From Bacilli bacterium (GTDB taxonomy: Bacteria; Bacillota_I; Bacilli_A; RFN20; CAG-826): DNA of 64,000 nt. The notes beneath the pieces are model-generated. The model did not search any database and was not told where the DNA came from. It saw only the letters and a list, made by a program, of their open reading frames with translations. Of the stretch, positions 8,107 through 17,955 are shown in pieces. The stretch lies in assembly GCA_045597865.1 (NCBI GenBank), contig JAZLKX010000025.1, positions 192,001 to 256,000 of the forward strand, in the 5' to 3' direction. The translations under genes and the position numbers were made by a program. The stretch's first letter is position 1; each line of letters starts with the position of its first letter.

Positions 8107-9630
8107 ATGACTTCGATAAAATATTTATCACTTACAAAAGGACAAAGATTCATAGTCAATGTTGGCTCATTCTTTAAAGGAATAGGCCGTGGCTTTTTGA
8201 ACTTCTTTAAAGGAATTCCTTTTAAGTTCATTAAATTAGGCCACAAATTAATTAAACCATTCGAAGTTTTAGCAGATGCCTGGAAGAAAGGCACTTGGAT
8301 GGTTAGAGGAAACTTCTTAGTTTTCGGTTTATATCAATTATTCCATAACCAAATTATGAGAGGCGTTTTGTACTTAATGTACGAAGTAGTCTTTATTTGG
8401 TTTATGATTAAACTTGGTGGACCTTACCTAGGTAAATTAGGTTCACTTGGTACATTCTCACCAACTTCAATGTATCTAGCGGATGCATACGAAGGAGTAA
8501 CTGTCACCCTTCCAGGAGATAGATCATTTACAATCCTTCTTTATTCCATTGTTACATTCATTTTAATGGGTATTTTCGTAGCTCTTTGGTATTTCTCTAT
8601 CAGAGATGCAAGAAGCTTACAAAATAGCTATGCAGTTGGAAAATATGAGAAAAACGGTCAATTCTTCAAAGATATTCTTGATAAGAATTACCACACATTA
8701 CTTTTAGCAGTTCCACTTGTTGGTCTTGTTGGTTTTACAGTTATTCCTGTTATTTTCATGATTATTACAGGTTTTACCAACTATTCTGGAACTCAATTCT
8801 ATTTATTTGACTGGGTTGGATTTGATAACTATTCCAATCTTTTCTCAGGTATGGGCGCTAGTAGTGGAGGAACTGGTTTAGTTACCATCTTCTTTAAAGT
8901 ATTAGCTTGGACCCTTATGTGGGCTCTTATTGCAACATTTACCAACTACTTCTTAGGTATGGTTGTTGCATTACTTATTAATAAAAAAGGAATTAAATTA
9001 AAGAAATTATGGAGAACAGTCTTAATTCTCACAATTGCTGTTCCTCAATTCGTTTCCTTACTTTTGATTTCTCAAATGTTCTCAGGATCAGGTTTCTTAA
9101 CCAAGTTATTTGAACAAATTGGTTGGATTGCTCACGATACACTTCCATTTGATAACGCTCTACTGAGTAGAATCATCATTATTATCGTTAACATGTGGGT
9201 TGGTGTTCCTTACACAATGCTTATTTGTTCTGGCTTATTAATGAACATTCCAGAAGACTTATATGAATCTGCAAGAATTGATGGTGCTACACCATTCAAG
9301 ATGTTTAGCGCAATTACTCTTCCATATATGCTCTTTATTACAGGACCATACTTACTTTCACAATTTGTCGGAAATATTAATAACTTCAACATTATTTACC
9401 TCCTTTCTCAAGGTAAACCATCATTTGGCTTATCAAGCTTAGGCTATGGTGATGTTGGTGAAACCGACTTACTTATTACATGGATTTATAAGATGTCAAT
9501 GGAAGGACAAGATAAGAACTATGCTGTAGCATGTGTTTTAGGTGTTCTTGTCTTTATTATCATTGCCTTCTTCTCACTTATCTTCTATGGAAGATCTAAT
9601 TCAGTTAAAAACGAGGGGGATTTCCAATAA
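8107..9630 (+). CDS. malF: Maltodextrin ABC permease (MalF/MalC-like)
   Basis: Multiple TM helices; EAA loop LYESARIDGA; TIAVPQFVSLL; ETDLLITWIYK. Confidence 0.88.
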   Translation: MTSIKYLSLTKGQRFIVNVGSFFKGIGRGFLNFFKGIPFKFIKLGHKLIKPFEVLADAWKKGTWMVRGNFLVFGLYQLFHNQIMRGVLYLMYEVVFIWFMIKLGGPYLGKLGSLGTFSPTSMYLADAYEGVTVTLPGDRSFTILLYSIVTFILMGIFVALWYFSIRDARSLQNSYAVGKYEKNGQFFKDILDKNYHTLLLAVPLVGLVGFTVIPVIFMIITGFTNYSGTQFYLFDWVGFDNYSNLFSGMGASSGGTGLVTIFFKVLAWTLMWALIATFTNYFLGMVVALLINKKGIKLKKLWRTVLILTIAVPQFVSLLLISQMFSGSGFLTKLFEQIGWIAHDTLPFDNALLSRIIIIIVNMWVGVPYTMLICSGLLMNIPEDLYESARIDGATPFKMFSAITLPYMLFITGPYLLSQFVGNINNFNIIYLLSQGKPSFGLSSLGYGDVGETDLLITWIYKMSMEGQDKNYAVACVLGVLVFIIIAFFSLIFYGRSNSVKNEGDFQ

Positions 9631-9631
9631 T

Positions 9632-10495
9632 ATGGCACAAGAAAAACATTTTGCTAGTAAAAGATTTGCGGAAAAAAGCCAAAGAGTTTTAGTTTACGTT
9701 GCCCTTTCTCTTATTTCCCTCATTTGGGTTTTCCCATTCTTCTATTTAATCTTCCAAAGCTTTGGTAAGTTCGCATCAGGTGGTATTTTCCCAGCACCAG
9801 GTGAATGGACATTCCAAAACTACGTAAACTTATTTACATTACCTGAAACACCATTCTTAAGATGGTGGCTAAATACATTCATTATTGCTGTATTTACTTC
9901 ATTGCTTCAAACAGCTCTTGTCTTAATGACATCTTATGCATTAAGTAGACTCCGTTTCAATGGTAGACAAGCTTTAATGAAATTAATTCTTATTTTAGGA
10001 ATGTTCCCAGGATTCTTAGGAATGCTTGTTATTTATTACATTCTTGAACTTCTTGGAATGAACACTTCTATTTTCTCACTTATTTTAGTCTATACAGCTT
10101 CCTCAGCAATGAGTTATTACGTTGCTAAAGGATTCTTTGATACTATTCCAATGGCGCTTGATGAAGCTGTTATGATTGATGGTGGAACAAAGAACACAGT
10201 TTTCTGGAAAGTTATTCTTCCACTTTCAAAACCAATTATTATTTACACAATCCTTGTTTCCTTCACGGGACCATGGGGTGACTTTATGTTTGGCAAATAC
10301 ATTACTCAAACAGCAGGTATGCTCCCAGATGGTTATACTGTCGCAGTTGGATTACAAGGTTTAACAGCAAACTCTGATTACTATGGCACATTCTGTGCTG
10401 GTGCAGTGCTTGTTTCAATACCAATTACAGCATTATTTTTCTGGTTACAACGTTATTACGTTGAAGGTATTGCTGGTGGTGCTGTCAAAGGCTAA
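9632..10495 (+). CDS. malG: Maltodextrin ABC permease (MalG/MalD-like)
   Basis: Likely ATG at 9632 just after the malF stop; YALSRLRF.GR, KGFFDTIP..LDEAVMIDG, C-terminal GAVKG. Confidence 0.88.
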   Translation: MAQEKHFASKRFAEKSQRVLVYVALSLISLIWVFPFFYLIFQSFGKFASGGIFPAPGEWTFQNYVNLFTLPETPFLRWWLNTFIIAVFTSLLQTALVLMTSYALSRLRFNGRQALMKLILILGMFPGFLGMLVIYYILELLGMNTSIFSLILVYTASSAMSYYVAKGFFDTIPMALDEAVMIDGGTKNTVFWKVILPLSKPIIIYTILVSFTGPWGDFMFGKYITQTAGMLPDGYTVAVGLQGLTANSDYYGTFCAGAVLVSIPITALFFWLQRYYVEGIAGGAVKG

Positions 10496-10509
10496 TAGGA
10501 GGAAGACAT

Positions 10510-13068
10510 ATGGCTTCGTTAAAATTAGAACATATTTACAAGGTTTATCCAAACGGACACAAAGCTGTCTCTGATTTCAACATGGATATTAAAGACGGTG
10601 AATTCATCGTTTTCGTTGGACCTTCAGGTTGTGGTAAATCTACAACATTACGTATGATTGCAGGCCTTGAAGAAATCACTTCAGGTGAATTATATATCGG
10701 CGACACAATCGTCAACGATATGCAACCAAAAGATCGTGATATCGCCATGGTTTTCCAAAACTATGCTCTTTATCCTCATATGACAGTTTATGAAAATATG
10801 GCTTTCGGACTTACACTTCGTAAAGTTCCAAGAACCGAAATCCACGAAAAAGTTATGTGGGCAGCAGATGCTCTTGGCTTAAAAGAATACTTAGATAGAA
10901 AACCAAAAGCTATGTCTGGTGGTCAAAGACAACGTGTTTCTTTAGGTAGAGCTATTTTACGTAATCCTAAAGTTATGCTTCTTGACGAACCTCTTTCTAA
11001 CTTAGATGCCAAGTTAAGAAGCCAAATGAGATCTGTCATTGGTAAACTTCATCAACAATTAAAAACTACATTTATTTACGTTACACACGACCAAGTCGAA
11101 GCTATGACTCTTGGTACAAGAGTCGTTGTTATGAAACTTGGTAAAGTTCAACAAATTGATACTCCACAAAATCTTTATGATCACCCAATCAATAAATTCG
11201 TTGCAGGATTTATTGGTACTCCACAAATGAACTTCTTTAATGTCACTTTAAAACAAGAAGCAAAGGGTGTTGATGTTGCTTGGAGTGATGTTGATACACA
11301 ACCTCATCTTAAATTATCACTTGATCAAGTTCTTAAAGCAGAAAAGAAATTCCTCCAAGGAAACAAGAAAGTTATTCTTGGCTTCAGATGTGAAGCTATT
11401 TCTGTTGAAGAAAAAGACCTTGCAAAAGGAGATAATATCGTTGATGTTATTATTTCTCACTTTGAAGAACTTGGTAATGAAACTCTTATTTATGGTGACT
11501 TAAAACAAATTGAAGGTCTTGGTGAAGAATCTAAGACTCCAGTTATTATCAAAGCCTCTTCAAAGAAAGACTTCAAACCTGGTGATAAGATTAAAGCAAG
11601 AATTGATGTTAACAAGATTCACTTATTTGACTATGAATCAGAAATGACAATTCTTCCAGCAATTCCAGAATATTCAGTCTTACCAGTTGATATTGTCGAT
11701 GGAAATATGACTTTATTTGGAAAGATTAAAAAACCAAATGATATTCCAGTTGACTTTGTCAAAGATGGCACAATTTCCTTACCACTTTCCGCAATTATGG
11801 TTGGTGAAGGTGAAAATGTTGCCGCAATTGACTTAATTGAACAACACGGTGATAAATATCTTGCTAGAGTAAAAGCAGGGGAACACAAATTCTTCTGTTT
11901 TGTCGATGAAAAAGCAAAAGTTGGTGGCAAAATCAAATTTGCAGTCGATTATTCTAAAGCAACATTCCGTGATAAAGACGAAAAGATTATTGCTTATCCA
12001 CTTGCAGAAAGAGATGACTTACAAGCTACATTTGTTAACTTGAAGACAGCTTTCGAAGTTACAAATAATCAAGAATTCATGGATCTACAAGCAAAACGTG
12101 TTAAAGAAGTAGAAGAAAAGTATGCTTCTTTAGAAGCAGATTTTGCTAAAGAACGTGAAGCTGCCATAAAAGAAGCTGAAGAAAAGCAAAAAGCAGCAGC
12201 ATCTACATTAGACACCGATAGAGCAAAACTCGATCAAGAAAACCTTAAACTTAAGGCTCAAATCGAAGAACTCAATAAGAACTATCGTGTTGAAATTAAA
12301 CAGTTAAAAGAAAAACATAAAGCAATTCGTAAAGAAGAACTCGAAAAGATTGCTGTTATGTATAAAAACATGTGGGAAAACGAAAAGAAAGATTTCGCTA
12401 AATCCATGGAAGCAAATAAAGATCCAGAATCTCGTAGAAGTAGAAGAATGAGCTACAGAGTTTTCAAAGAAAACTTCCCTCAAATGAGACAAAATGATAT
12501 CGAAAGAAAAGAGGGAGCATTAGATCTAGATAAAGAAACTGATTTTGGTGCAGCAGACTCAAGATTCTCTCAACAACTACATTTATTAAAGGAAACTATT
12601 TCTGAAAATAAAGCAAATTACGAAAATGAACATTTCCCAGTAAATAAAGTTGAAAAAGAATTTGCTCTAAAAGAGAAACAACTTAACAACAAGAAAAAAG
12701 AAGATCTTCTCAAGGCTCAACTTATTTTCTTCTTTAAGTTTGGCGATCATTATGAATTAATTGCAGATAACATTACTACAAAGATTATCCAAGGCTTAGG
12801 CAACAAAGTATTCACAAAAGTATTTAAAGTTGCAATGCCACATGATGGCTTTGTCGAAGACAAAGACGGCTTACCATTTGAAGTCGTTCAAGAAGTTAAC
12901 TTTGGTGATGTTAAGATGTATAAGTGCGCAGGTGAACTTTATGGTGAAAAAGTTTACGTATACATTATGAAGGAAAGAGAAATTGAAAGAGGAGAACATA
13001 TCACTCTTAAACCACTTATTGAAAAGAGTGAAATTTATGAATCTGAATTCAATATCAGACTCTATTAA
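10510..13068 (+). CDS. malK: Sugar ABC ATPase (MalK/MsmX) with a ~470 aa C-terminal extension
   Basis: GGAGG RBS; Walker A GPSGCGKST, VFQNYALYPHM, MSGGQRQR, LLDEPLSNLD, VTHDQ; TOBE domain; then extra OB-like and K/E-rich segments. Confidence 0.9.
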   Translation: MASLKLEHIYKVYPNGHKAVSDFNMDIKDGEFIVFVGPSGCGKSTTLRMIAGLEEITSGELYIGDTIVNDMQPKDRDIAMVFQNYALYPHMTVYENMAFGLTLRKVPRTEIHEKVMWAADALGLKEYLDRKPKAMSGGQRQRVSLGRAILRNPKVMLLDEPLSNLDAKLRSQMRSVIGKLHQQLKTTFIYVTHDQVEAMTLGTRVVVMKLGKVQQIDTPQNLYDHPINKFVAGFIGTPQMNFFNVTLKQEAKGVDVAWSDVDTQPHLKLSLDQVLKAEKKFLQGNKKVILGFRCEAISVEEKDLAKGDNIVDVIISHFEELGNETLIYGDLKQIEGLGEESKTPVIIKASSKKDFKPGDKIKARIDVNKIHLFDYESEMTILPAIPEYSVLPVDIVDGNMTLFGKIKKPNDIPVDFVKDGTISLPLSAIMVGEGENVAAIDLIEQHGDKYLARVKAGEHKFFCFVDEKAKVGGKIKFAVDYSKATFRDKDEKIIAYPLAERDDLQATFVNLKTAFEVTNNQEFMDLQAKRVKEVEEKYASLEADFAKEREAAIKEAEEKQKAAASTLDTDRAKLDQENLKLKAQIEELNKNYRVEIKQLKEKHKAIRKEELEKIAVMYKNMWENEKKDFAKSMEANKDPESRRSRRMSYRVFKENFPQMRQNDIERKEGALDLDKETDFGAADSRFSQQLHLLKETISENKANYENEHFPVNKVEKEFALKEKQLNNKKKEDLLKAQLIFFFKFGDHYELIADNITTKIIQGLGNKVFTKVFKVAMPHDGFVEDKDGLPFEVVQEVNFGDVKMYKCAGELYGEKVYVYIMKEREIERGEHITLKPLIEKSEIYESEFNIRLY

Positions 13069-13070
13069 TT

Positions 13071-13859
13071 ATGAACAATAAAAAGATACTTTCATTATTA
13101 ACACTTCCTTTACTTTTAGCATCTTGTGCTAAAAATGCTTCTTTTGAGCAAATTAAGGAGAAGATTGATAATATTTCATCGAATGCTTTGTATCCTTATT
13201 ATCGTGTCGCAGGTTTCCTTGATTTCAATAACGAAGTATTAGAAATCGATTCAGTATTTGATAAAACACCAAGCCCTGATTCTTTCGTTCCTTACGCACG
13301 TTATAACGATGGATTTTATTGTCCAGATGCATCAACTGCGGAAAAGGCATTAGGCAAGGAAAATACAGTAATTTATGGCATGTCTTCAAGATCATACTTT
13401 TTACGTGCTCCACTTAGATTACATAAAAATAATTTTTATGTAGTTGGTGAAGACGGCAAAGAAAATATGACTTGTGGCCATTATATTATTGAACATATTA
13501 TTACCTCTTATGCTGGTGCAGATGGCGCTATTAATCCAAGTAGTAATAAGATGAAATTTGAGCTATTAAACGATGGCGGATTTGCCTTCGTTGGAGAAGC
13601 ATCACACACTACATTTAGAGTGGATAATTACCCATATTATCCTGATGTAGCTACACACCCAGAAATAGGTGAGTGGGCTAGTGATATTCCGCTCCCATGT
13701 TTTGAGAATCAAATTAACGCAAAAGTTAATGTAAGATTTGAGTACAACAAGGATGGCTGGTTAACAAGAGAATTCTTAAAAACCACTGACTATAGTTATA
13801 GCAAAGCAACTGCATCGCAGATCTCACTTGAAACAGTATATTCCTATAGATTTGAGTAA
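13071..13859 (+). CDS. Hypothetical lipoprotein
   Basis: Lipobox LLASC; starts 2 nt after the malK stop. Confidence 0.8.
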   Translation: MNNKKILSLLTLPLLLASCAKNASFEQIKEKIDNISSNALYPYYRVAGFLDFNNEVLEIDSVFDKTPSPDSFVPYARYNDGFYCPDASTAEKALGKENTVIYGMSSRSYFLRAPLRLHKNNFYVVGEDGKENMTCGHYIIEHIITSYAGADGAINPSSNKMKFELLNDGGFAFVGEASHTTFRVDNYPYYPDVATHPEIGEWASDIPLPCFENQINAKVNVRFEYNKDGWLTREFLKTTDYSYSKATASQISLETVYSYRFE

Positions 13860-13860
13860 T

Positions 13861-14538
13861 ATGAAACTTAAGTATTTGTTATTGTCTATTTCGGCAATGT
13901 CATTACTAAGTTCATGTGGACAAAATGAATTAAGAAGTGACATAAAAGAATTTGTCGCTTCTTTTTCTTTAACCGAATCAATGGAGCTATATAAGCACGC
14001 TGGTTATACGAGTATAAAAGAATCACTTATTAATGGCGTAAAAACTAGCGAAACTACAACATTAAATTTTGATATTTCTGATCTTGAAAATATTTCGTAT
14101 GACTTTAAAGTAGTTACAAAAATTAATGACGGAAATGAAGAAATAAAAGAAAAATTAATAACAAAAGTTGAAGAAAAATATTTTTTAAATGAAACTGAAA
14201 AAGAGCCTGTTGAATACACTGTAGACAACATAAAATTACTTATTCAAGATTTCTTTTTTACCAAAACAATGTATGAAGGAACTTACCATTCTAATGGTAT
14301 GTATTATGGTGATCTAATTTTAGAGACAGCGCGAGATTTGCAAGGATTCATCGAAATAAATCAAGAAAATCAACTTTATATTTTCTATCACAAAACTCAA
14401 GGAAAAGTTGATGGAAAAGACTCAATGGTCGAACAATATTACTCAGTCAATAAGCATGGAATGCTTGTTAAAAATATATCCAATCAAGTCAACGGTGAAA
14501 ATTACATTAATCAAGAAATTAATGTTTTTGTTTTTTAA
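13861..14538 (+). CDS. Hypothetical lipoprotein
   Basis: Likely ATG at 13861 (MKLKYLLL...LLSSC lipobox), directly after the previous stop. Confidence 0.78.
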   Translation: MKLKYLLLSISAMSLLSSCGQNELRSDIKEFVASFSLTESMELYKHAGYTSIKESLINGVKTSETTTLNFDISDLENISYDFKVVTKINDGNEEIKEKLITKVEEKYFLNETEKEPVEYTVDNIKLLIQDFFFTKTMYEGTYHSNGMYYGDLILETARDLQGFIEINQENQLYIFYHKTQGKVDGKDSMVEQYYSVNKHGMLVKNISNQVNGENYINQEINVFVF

Positions 14539-14552
14539 TTGCTTCAACTTTG

Positions 14553-14581
14553 TTGACTAAAAATACAAAAAGAACTAAAAT
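14553..14581 (+). promoter_or_regulatory. SigA-type promoter of the amylase/pullulanase genes
   Basis: TTGACT-17 bp-TAAAAT, upstream of an AAGGAG RBS. Confidence 0.6.
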
Positions 14582-14618
14582 AATAGCTGAATATTAACCT
14601 AAGGTTAAGGAGACTATT

Positions 14619-17600
14619 ATGAGAAAGTTTAAAGTATTGCCTATTATTCTTGCTAGTTTGTGCATGTGCGCATGCGATCCTGGAGTTGTTGTTATTGACC
14701 CTTCAACGACTGTTCAAGGTGTCACGGATTTAAGTCTAAGTGATTCTACTCTCTCATTAACTGTTGGTCTTACCTCAACCATTACTGCTTTCGTCGAAGC
14801 CGAAAATCCAATCGACGTTACATGGGTTAATCAAAATCCAAATATTATCTCTGTTTTAGGAGATGGTGAATCTGCATCAATTACTGGTTTAGCAGTTGGT
14901 TCAGCCACTGTTAGCGCCAGCTGCGGAAATAAATGTGCTGTTTGTAAAGTTACTGTTTCCGGAAATGGTGGCGGTGGTCAAGTAGTCGTTAATTCTATTA
15001 CTTTATCTGCTGCAGAAAAAACAATTGATGTTGGTGAAGAAGTTGAAATTAGTGCAACAGTTGATCATACAGGAAATGATACTCCAGTAGTTAGCTGGTC
15101 AGTTGCAAACGATTCAATTGTTTCACTTGTTCCAACAGACAACAAAGTTAAAATTTTAGGAAAAGCCGAAGGCGTAACTAGAGTTACAGCATCCGCAGGT
15201 GGATGTGCAGCTTATTGCGATGTTACAGTCGAAGGCGAATCCGTTACATTCTCTATTAGACTTTCAAGTGAGTCATTAACTCTTAAAGAAGGTGCTACTT
15301 CAACACTTACTGCAACAACTAAACCAGCAGATGCTTCAGTTGTTTGGAGAACAAGTAATGAAGGTGTTGCCAAAGTTTCACAAAGTGGTGTTGTAACTGG
15401 TGTCAAAGCTGGTACTGCTGTTATTAGTGCAACAATCACTCAAGATGATGAAATCAAAACTGCTACATGTAATGTTTCAGTTACTTCAAATGCAGAAGAA
15501 GATGATTATGCAAAGAAGGTCTCTGCTTGGTCAGAACCAGGACATATTTATTTCCACTATTTGAGAAATAGCGATCAAGACTACAATAGATGGGCCTTAT
15601 GGTTCTGGAATTCTTATCCAGTCGATGATGAAGGTATGCTTTATGGTGCAAATCCAAATGGCTATGATTTAAAGAATGTTACTCCTCACACAATTGGTTG
15701 GATGACCAAAGGTGAATGTGGTGAAACAGGTAATGAACCATATATTGATCAATATGGACAAATTATTGATGTTGACCTTACCGAAGATGAATCAACCCTT
15801 ATTGGTGGTAAATCTGGTAAGAATATCAAACTCATTTCAAGTTGGGAAAAAGAAGAACTCGATAAAAACTGTGTTGGTTTCTTAATTGTTGATCAATCCA
15901 AGATGACTGGCGATGATATGTGGGTCAGTGATAGCGGCGGTGAAGTTTACATTAAGAAACTTGGTAAATACTTAGAAAATGGCAAAGAATCTTACTTACA
16001 CGTGTATTGTGTAGAAGGAAACTCTGCTAACTATGAACTTACAAGCGGTAAACAAGAAGTTAATAACCCAACACTCACAGATAAAACAGGTGTTTATCGT
16101 TCAAAGAACGATATTACCGATTTAAGACATGATGCATTTGCTTCAGGAGTTCCAACATCTTCAACATTTAAAGATGAGAAACCTGGCATTGGTTATCAAA
16201 TCTTCGTTCCATCATTTGCTGATAGTGATGGTGATGGCTTTGGCGATTTACAAGGTATCATTTCAAAACTTGATTATCTTGAAGATTTAGGTGTTGATGT
16301 TTTATGGTTAACACCAATTCAAGAATCCAACTCATATCATGGATATGATGTTACAGATTACTATAAGATCGACTCAAGATTTGGTACTTTAAGTGACTAC
16401 CAAGAACTTCTTTATAAAGCGCATCAAAAAGGCATGAAGGTTTTAATGGATATGGTTATTAACCATACTTCTAAATCAAATGTCCTTTACAAGAAATCAC
16501 AAAGAGCTGAAAAAGAAATTATTAACGGTAAGGAAATTAACTACCGTGATATGTACCTTTGGAAATTCAAAGGCGATAAAGTTAGAGTTTGGGATGAACA
16601 ACCTTCTACAACAACGGATGGAATTCAACACGCAAACTTTATAACAAAGAACGTCGAACAGGTTACCGACTGGTACAAAGACGGCACAAGTGATTACTAT
16701 TACTTTGGTAAATTCGGATCTGGCATGGCTGAACTTAACTATTCATCTCAAGCCACCCGTGATTATATGACTGATATGTGTAAGTATTGGTTAAGCTTTG
16801 GTCTTGACGGCTTTAGACTTGACGCTATTAAACATATTTACTTACTTTCAGAACTTGATCCAGCTGTTAACTTAGGAAGTGATTTTATCACTTACGATGT
16901 TGGCTGGAAGCATTACTACAATCCAGAAATGGGTAAATACATTGATGTTACAAACGATTATTCATACGATCGTAACTTAAACGTCTTATTCTGGAAACAA
17001 TTTGCAGGCACAATTAAATCTGCATATCCAAACTGCTTCTTAGTTGGTGAAAACTTTGATGGTTGGAATGCAAGAATGGCTCCATTCTATGAAGCAATTG
17101 ATTCTCAATTTGACTTCCAAACCTACTATGCACTTAACGAAATGAAGGAAGATTCTATCGGAAGTAAGATTAAAGATTCCTTAGACACTTATAGTGCATA
17201 TCGTGGCGATACACTTATTAATGGTGCATTTACATCCAACCACGACGTCTCACGTATGATGAATCACGCAGTCGTACATAATAGCGATGTCCAAAGCAAG
17301 TATGGTGGCGGTGATGCAGCTCATTATGGTGATGTTACACAAGCAAATTTACAAGAAGCAATCAATCAATCTAAATACTATGCCGCAATCTCCTTATTAA
17401 CTCCTGGCGTTAGCTGGATTTACTATGGTGATGAAATTGGCTTATGTGGAAACGTCAACGATAAAGTTCAAGATTCTAAGGGCGAAATTGTTGATGACCA
17501 CGGCAATAACGTTGACCGTTGGTATCGTCAACCAATGAGATGGTCAAATACTTATGGCACAGAAGGAACTGTCAAATATCAATTTGGTGGTATGGAAGTT

Positions 17601-17942
17601 CTTTGGGATAGTATTTCTAATACTATTAAGACTGTTCCAGAACAACAATCTGATCAAAACTCATTGCTTAATTACTTCAAGTTATTAACCGCAACAAAAC
17701 GTGATTCTAGATATCCAACCTATGGTTATGTTGAAAACTCTGGTTCTCCAGCTGAAGGAGTTGCTCAAATCAAGTTCTCAGATGGAACAAACAGTGCATT
17801 CGTTGTAATCAACAATTCAAATTCACCATATTCAGGTGAGTATATGGGTGCTAGCGGATTTATTGGCAAATCAAACGGATCAACTTTGAGTGGTTCTAAC
17901 TATACAGTAGAGGCACATGGTTTCATTGTGCTTGATATCTAA
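14619..17942 (+). CDS. Lipoprotein GH13 alpha-amylase with three Big_2 domains and a CBM41-like module
   Basis: Signal peptide ending MCAC; three Ig-like repeats; HYLRNSDQDYNRWALWFW (CBM41-like). GH13 motifs FADSDGDGFGD, YHGYDVTDY, DMVINH, DGFRLDAIKH, VGENFD and FTSNHD give an intact D/E/D triad. Confidence 0.9.
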   Translation: MRKFKVLPIILASLCMCACDPGVVVIDPSTTVQGVTDLSLSDSTLSLTVGLTSTITAFVEAENPIDVTWVNQNPNIISVLGDGESASITGLAVGSATVSASCGNKCAVCKVTVSGNGGGGQVVVNSITLSAAEKTIDVGEEVEISATVDHTGNDTPVVSWSVANDSIVSLVPTDNKVKILGKAEGVTRVTASAGGCAAYCDVTVEGESVTFSIRLSSESLTLKEGATSTLTATTKPADASVVWRTSNEGVAKVSQSGVVTGVKAGTAVISATITQDDEIKTATCNVSVTSNAEEDDYAKKVSAWSEPGHIYFHYLRNSDQDYNRWALWFWNSYPVDDEGMLYGANPNGYDLKNVTPHTIGWMTKGECGETGNEPYIDQYGQIIDVDLTEDESTLIGGKSGKNIKLISSWEKEELDKNCVGFLIVDQSKMTGDDMWVSDSGGEVYIKKLGKYLENGKESYLHVYCVEGNSANYELTSGKQEVNNPTLTDKTGVYRSKNDITDLRHDAFASGVPTSSTFKDEKPGIGYQIFVPSFADSDGDGFGDLQGIISKLDYLEDLGVDVLWLTPIQESNSYHGYDVTDYYKIDSRFGTLSDYQELLYKAHQKGMKVLMDMVINHTSKSNVLYKKSQRAEKEIINGKEINYRDMYLWKFKGDKVRVWDEQPSTTTDGIQHANFITKNVEQVTDWYKDGTSDYYYFGKFGSGMAELNYSSQATRDYMTDMCKYWLSFGLDGFRLDAIKHIYLLSELDPAVNLGSDFITYDVGWKHYYNPEMGKYIDVTNDYSYDRNLNVLFWKQFAGTIKSAYPNCFLVGENFDGWNARMAPFYEAIDSQFDFQTYYALNEMKEDSIGSKIKDSLDTYSAYRGDTLINGAFTSNHDVSRMMNHAVVHNSDVQSKYGGGDAAHYGDVTQANLQEAINQSKYYAAISLLTPGVSWIYYGDEIGLCGNVNDKVQDSKGEIVDDHGNNVDRWYRQPMRWSNTYGTEGTVKYQFGGMEVLWDSISNTIKTVPEQQSDQNSLLNYFKLLTATKRDSRYPTYGYVENSGSPAEGVAQIKFSDGTNSAFVVINNSNSPYSGEYMGASGFIGKSNGSTLSGSNYTVEAHGFIVLDI

Positions 17943-17955
17943 GGAGGGAACGAAA

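Noticed and set aside
9542-9631. Upstream extensions given by the ORF track (9542, 13828, 17917, 21970, 43422, 50182, 50888)
   Set aside because: Most overlap a neighbouring gene or lack an RBS. Downstream ATGs give proper RBS spacing and/or signal peptides, so starts were moved.
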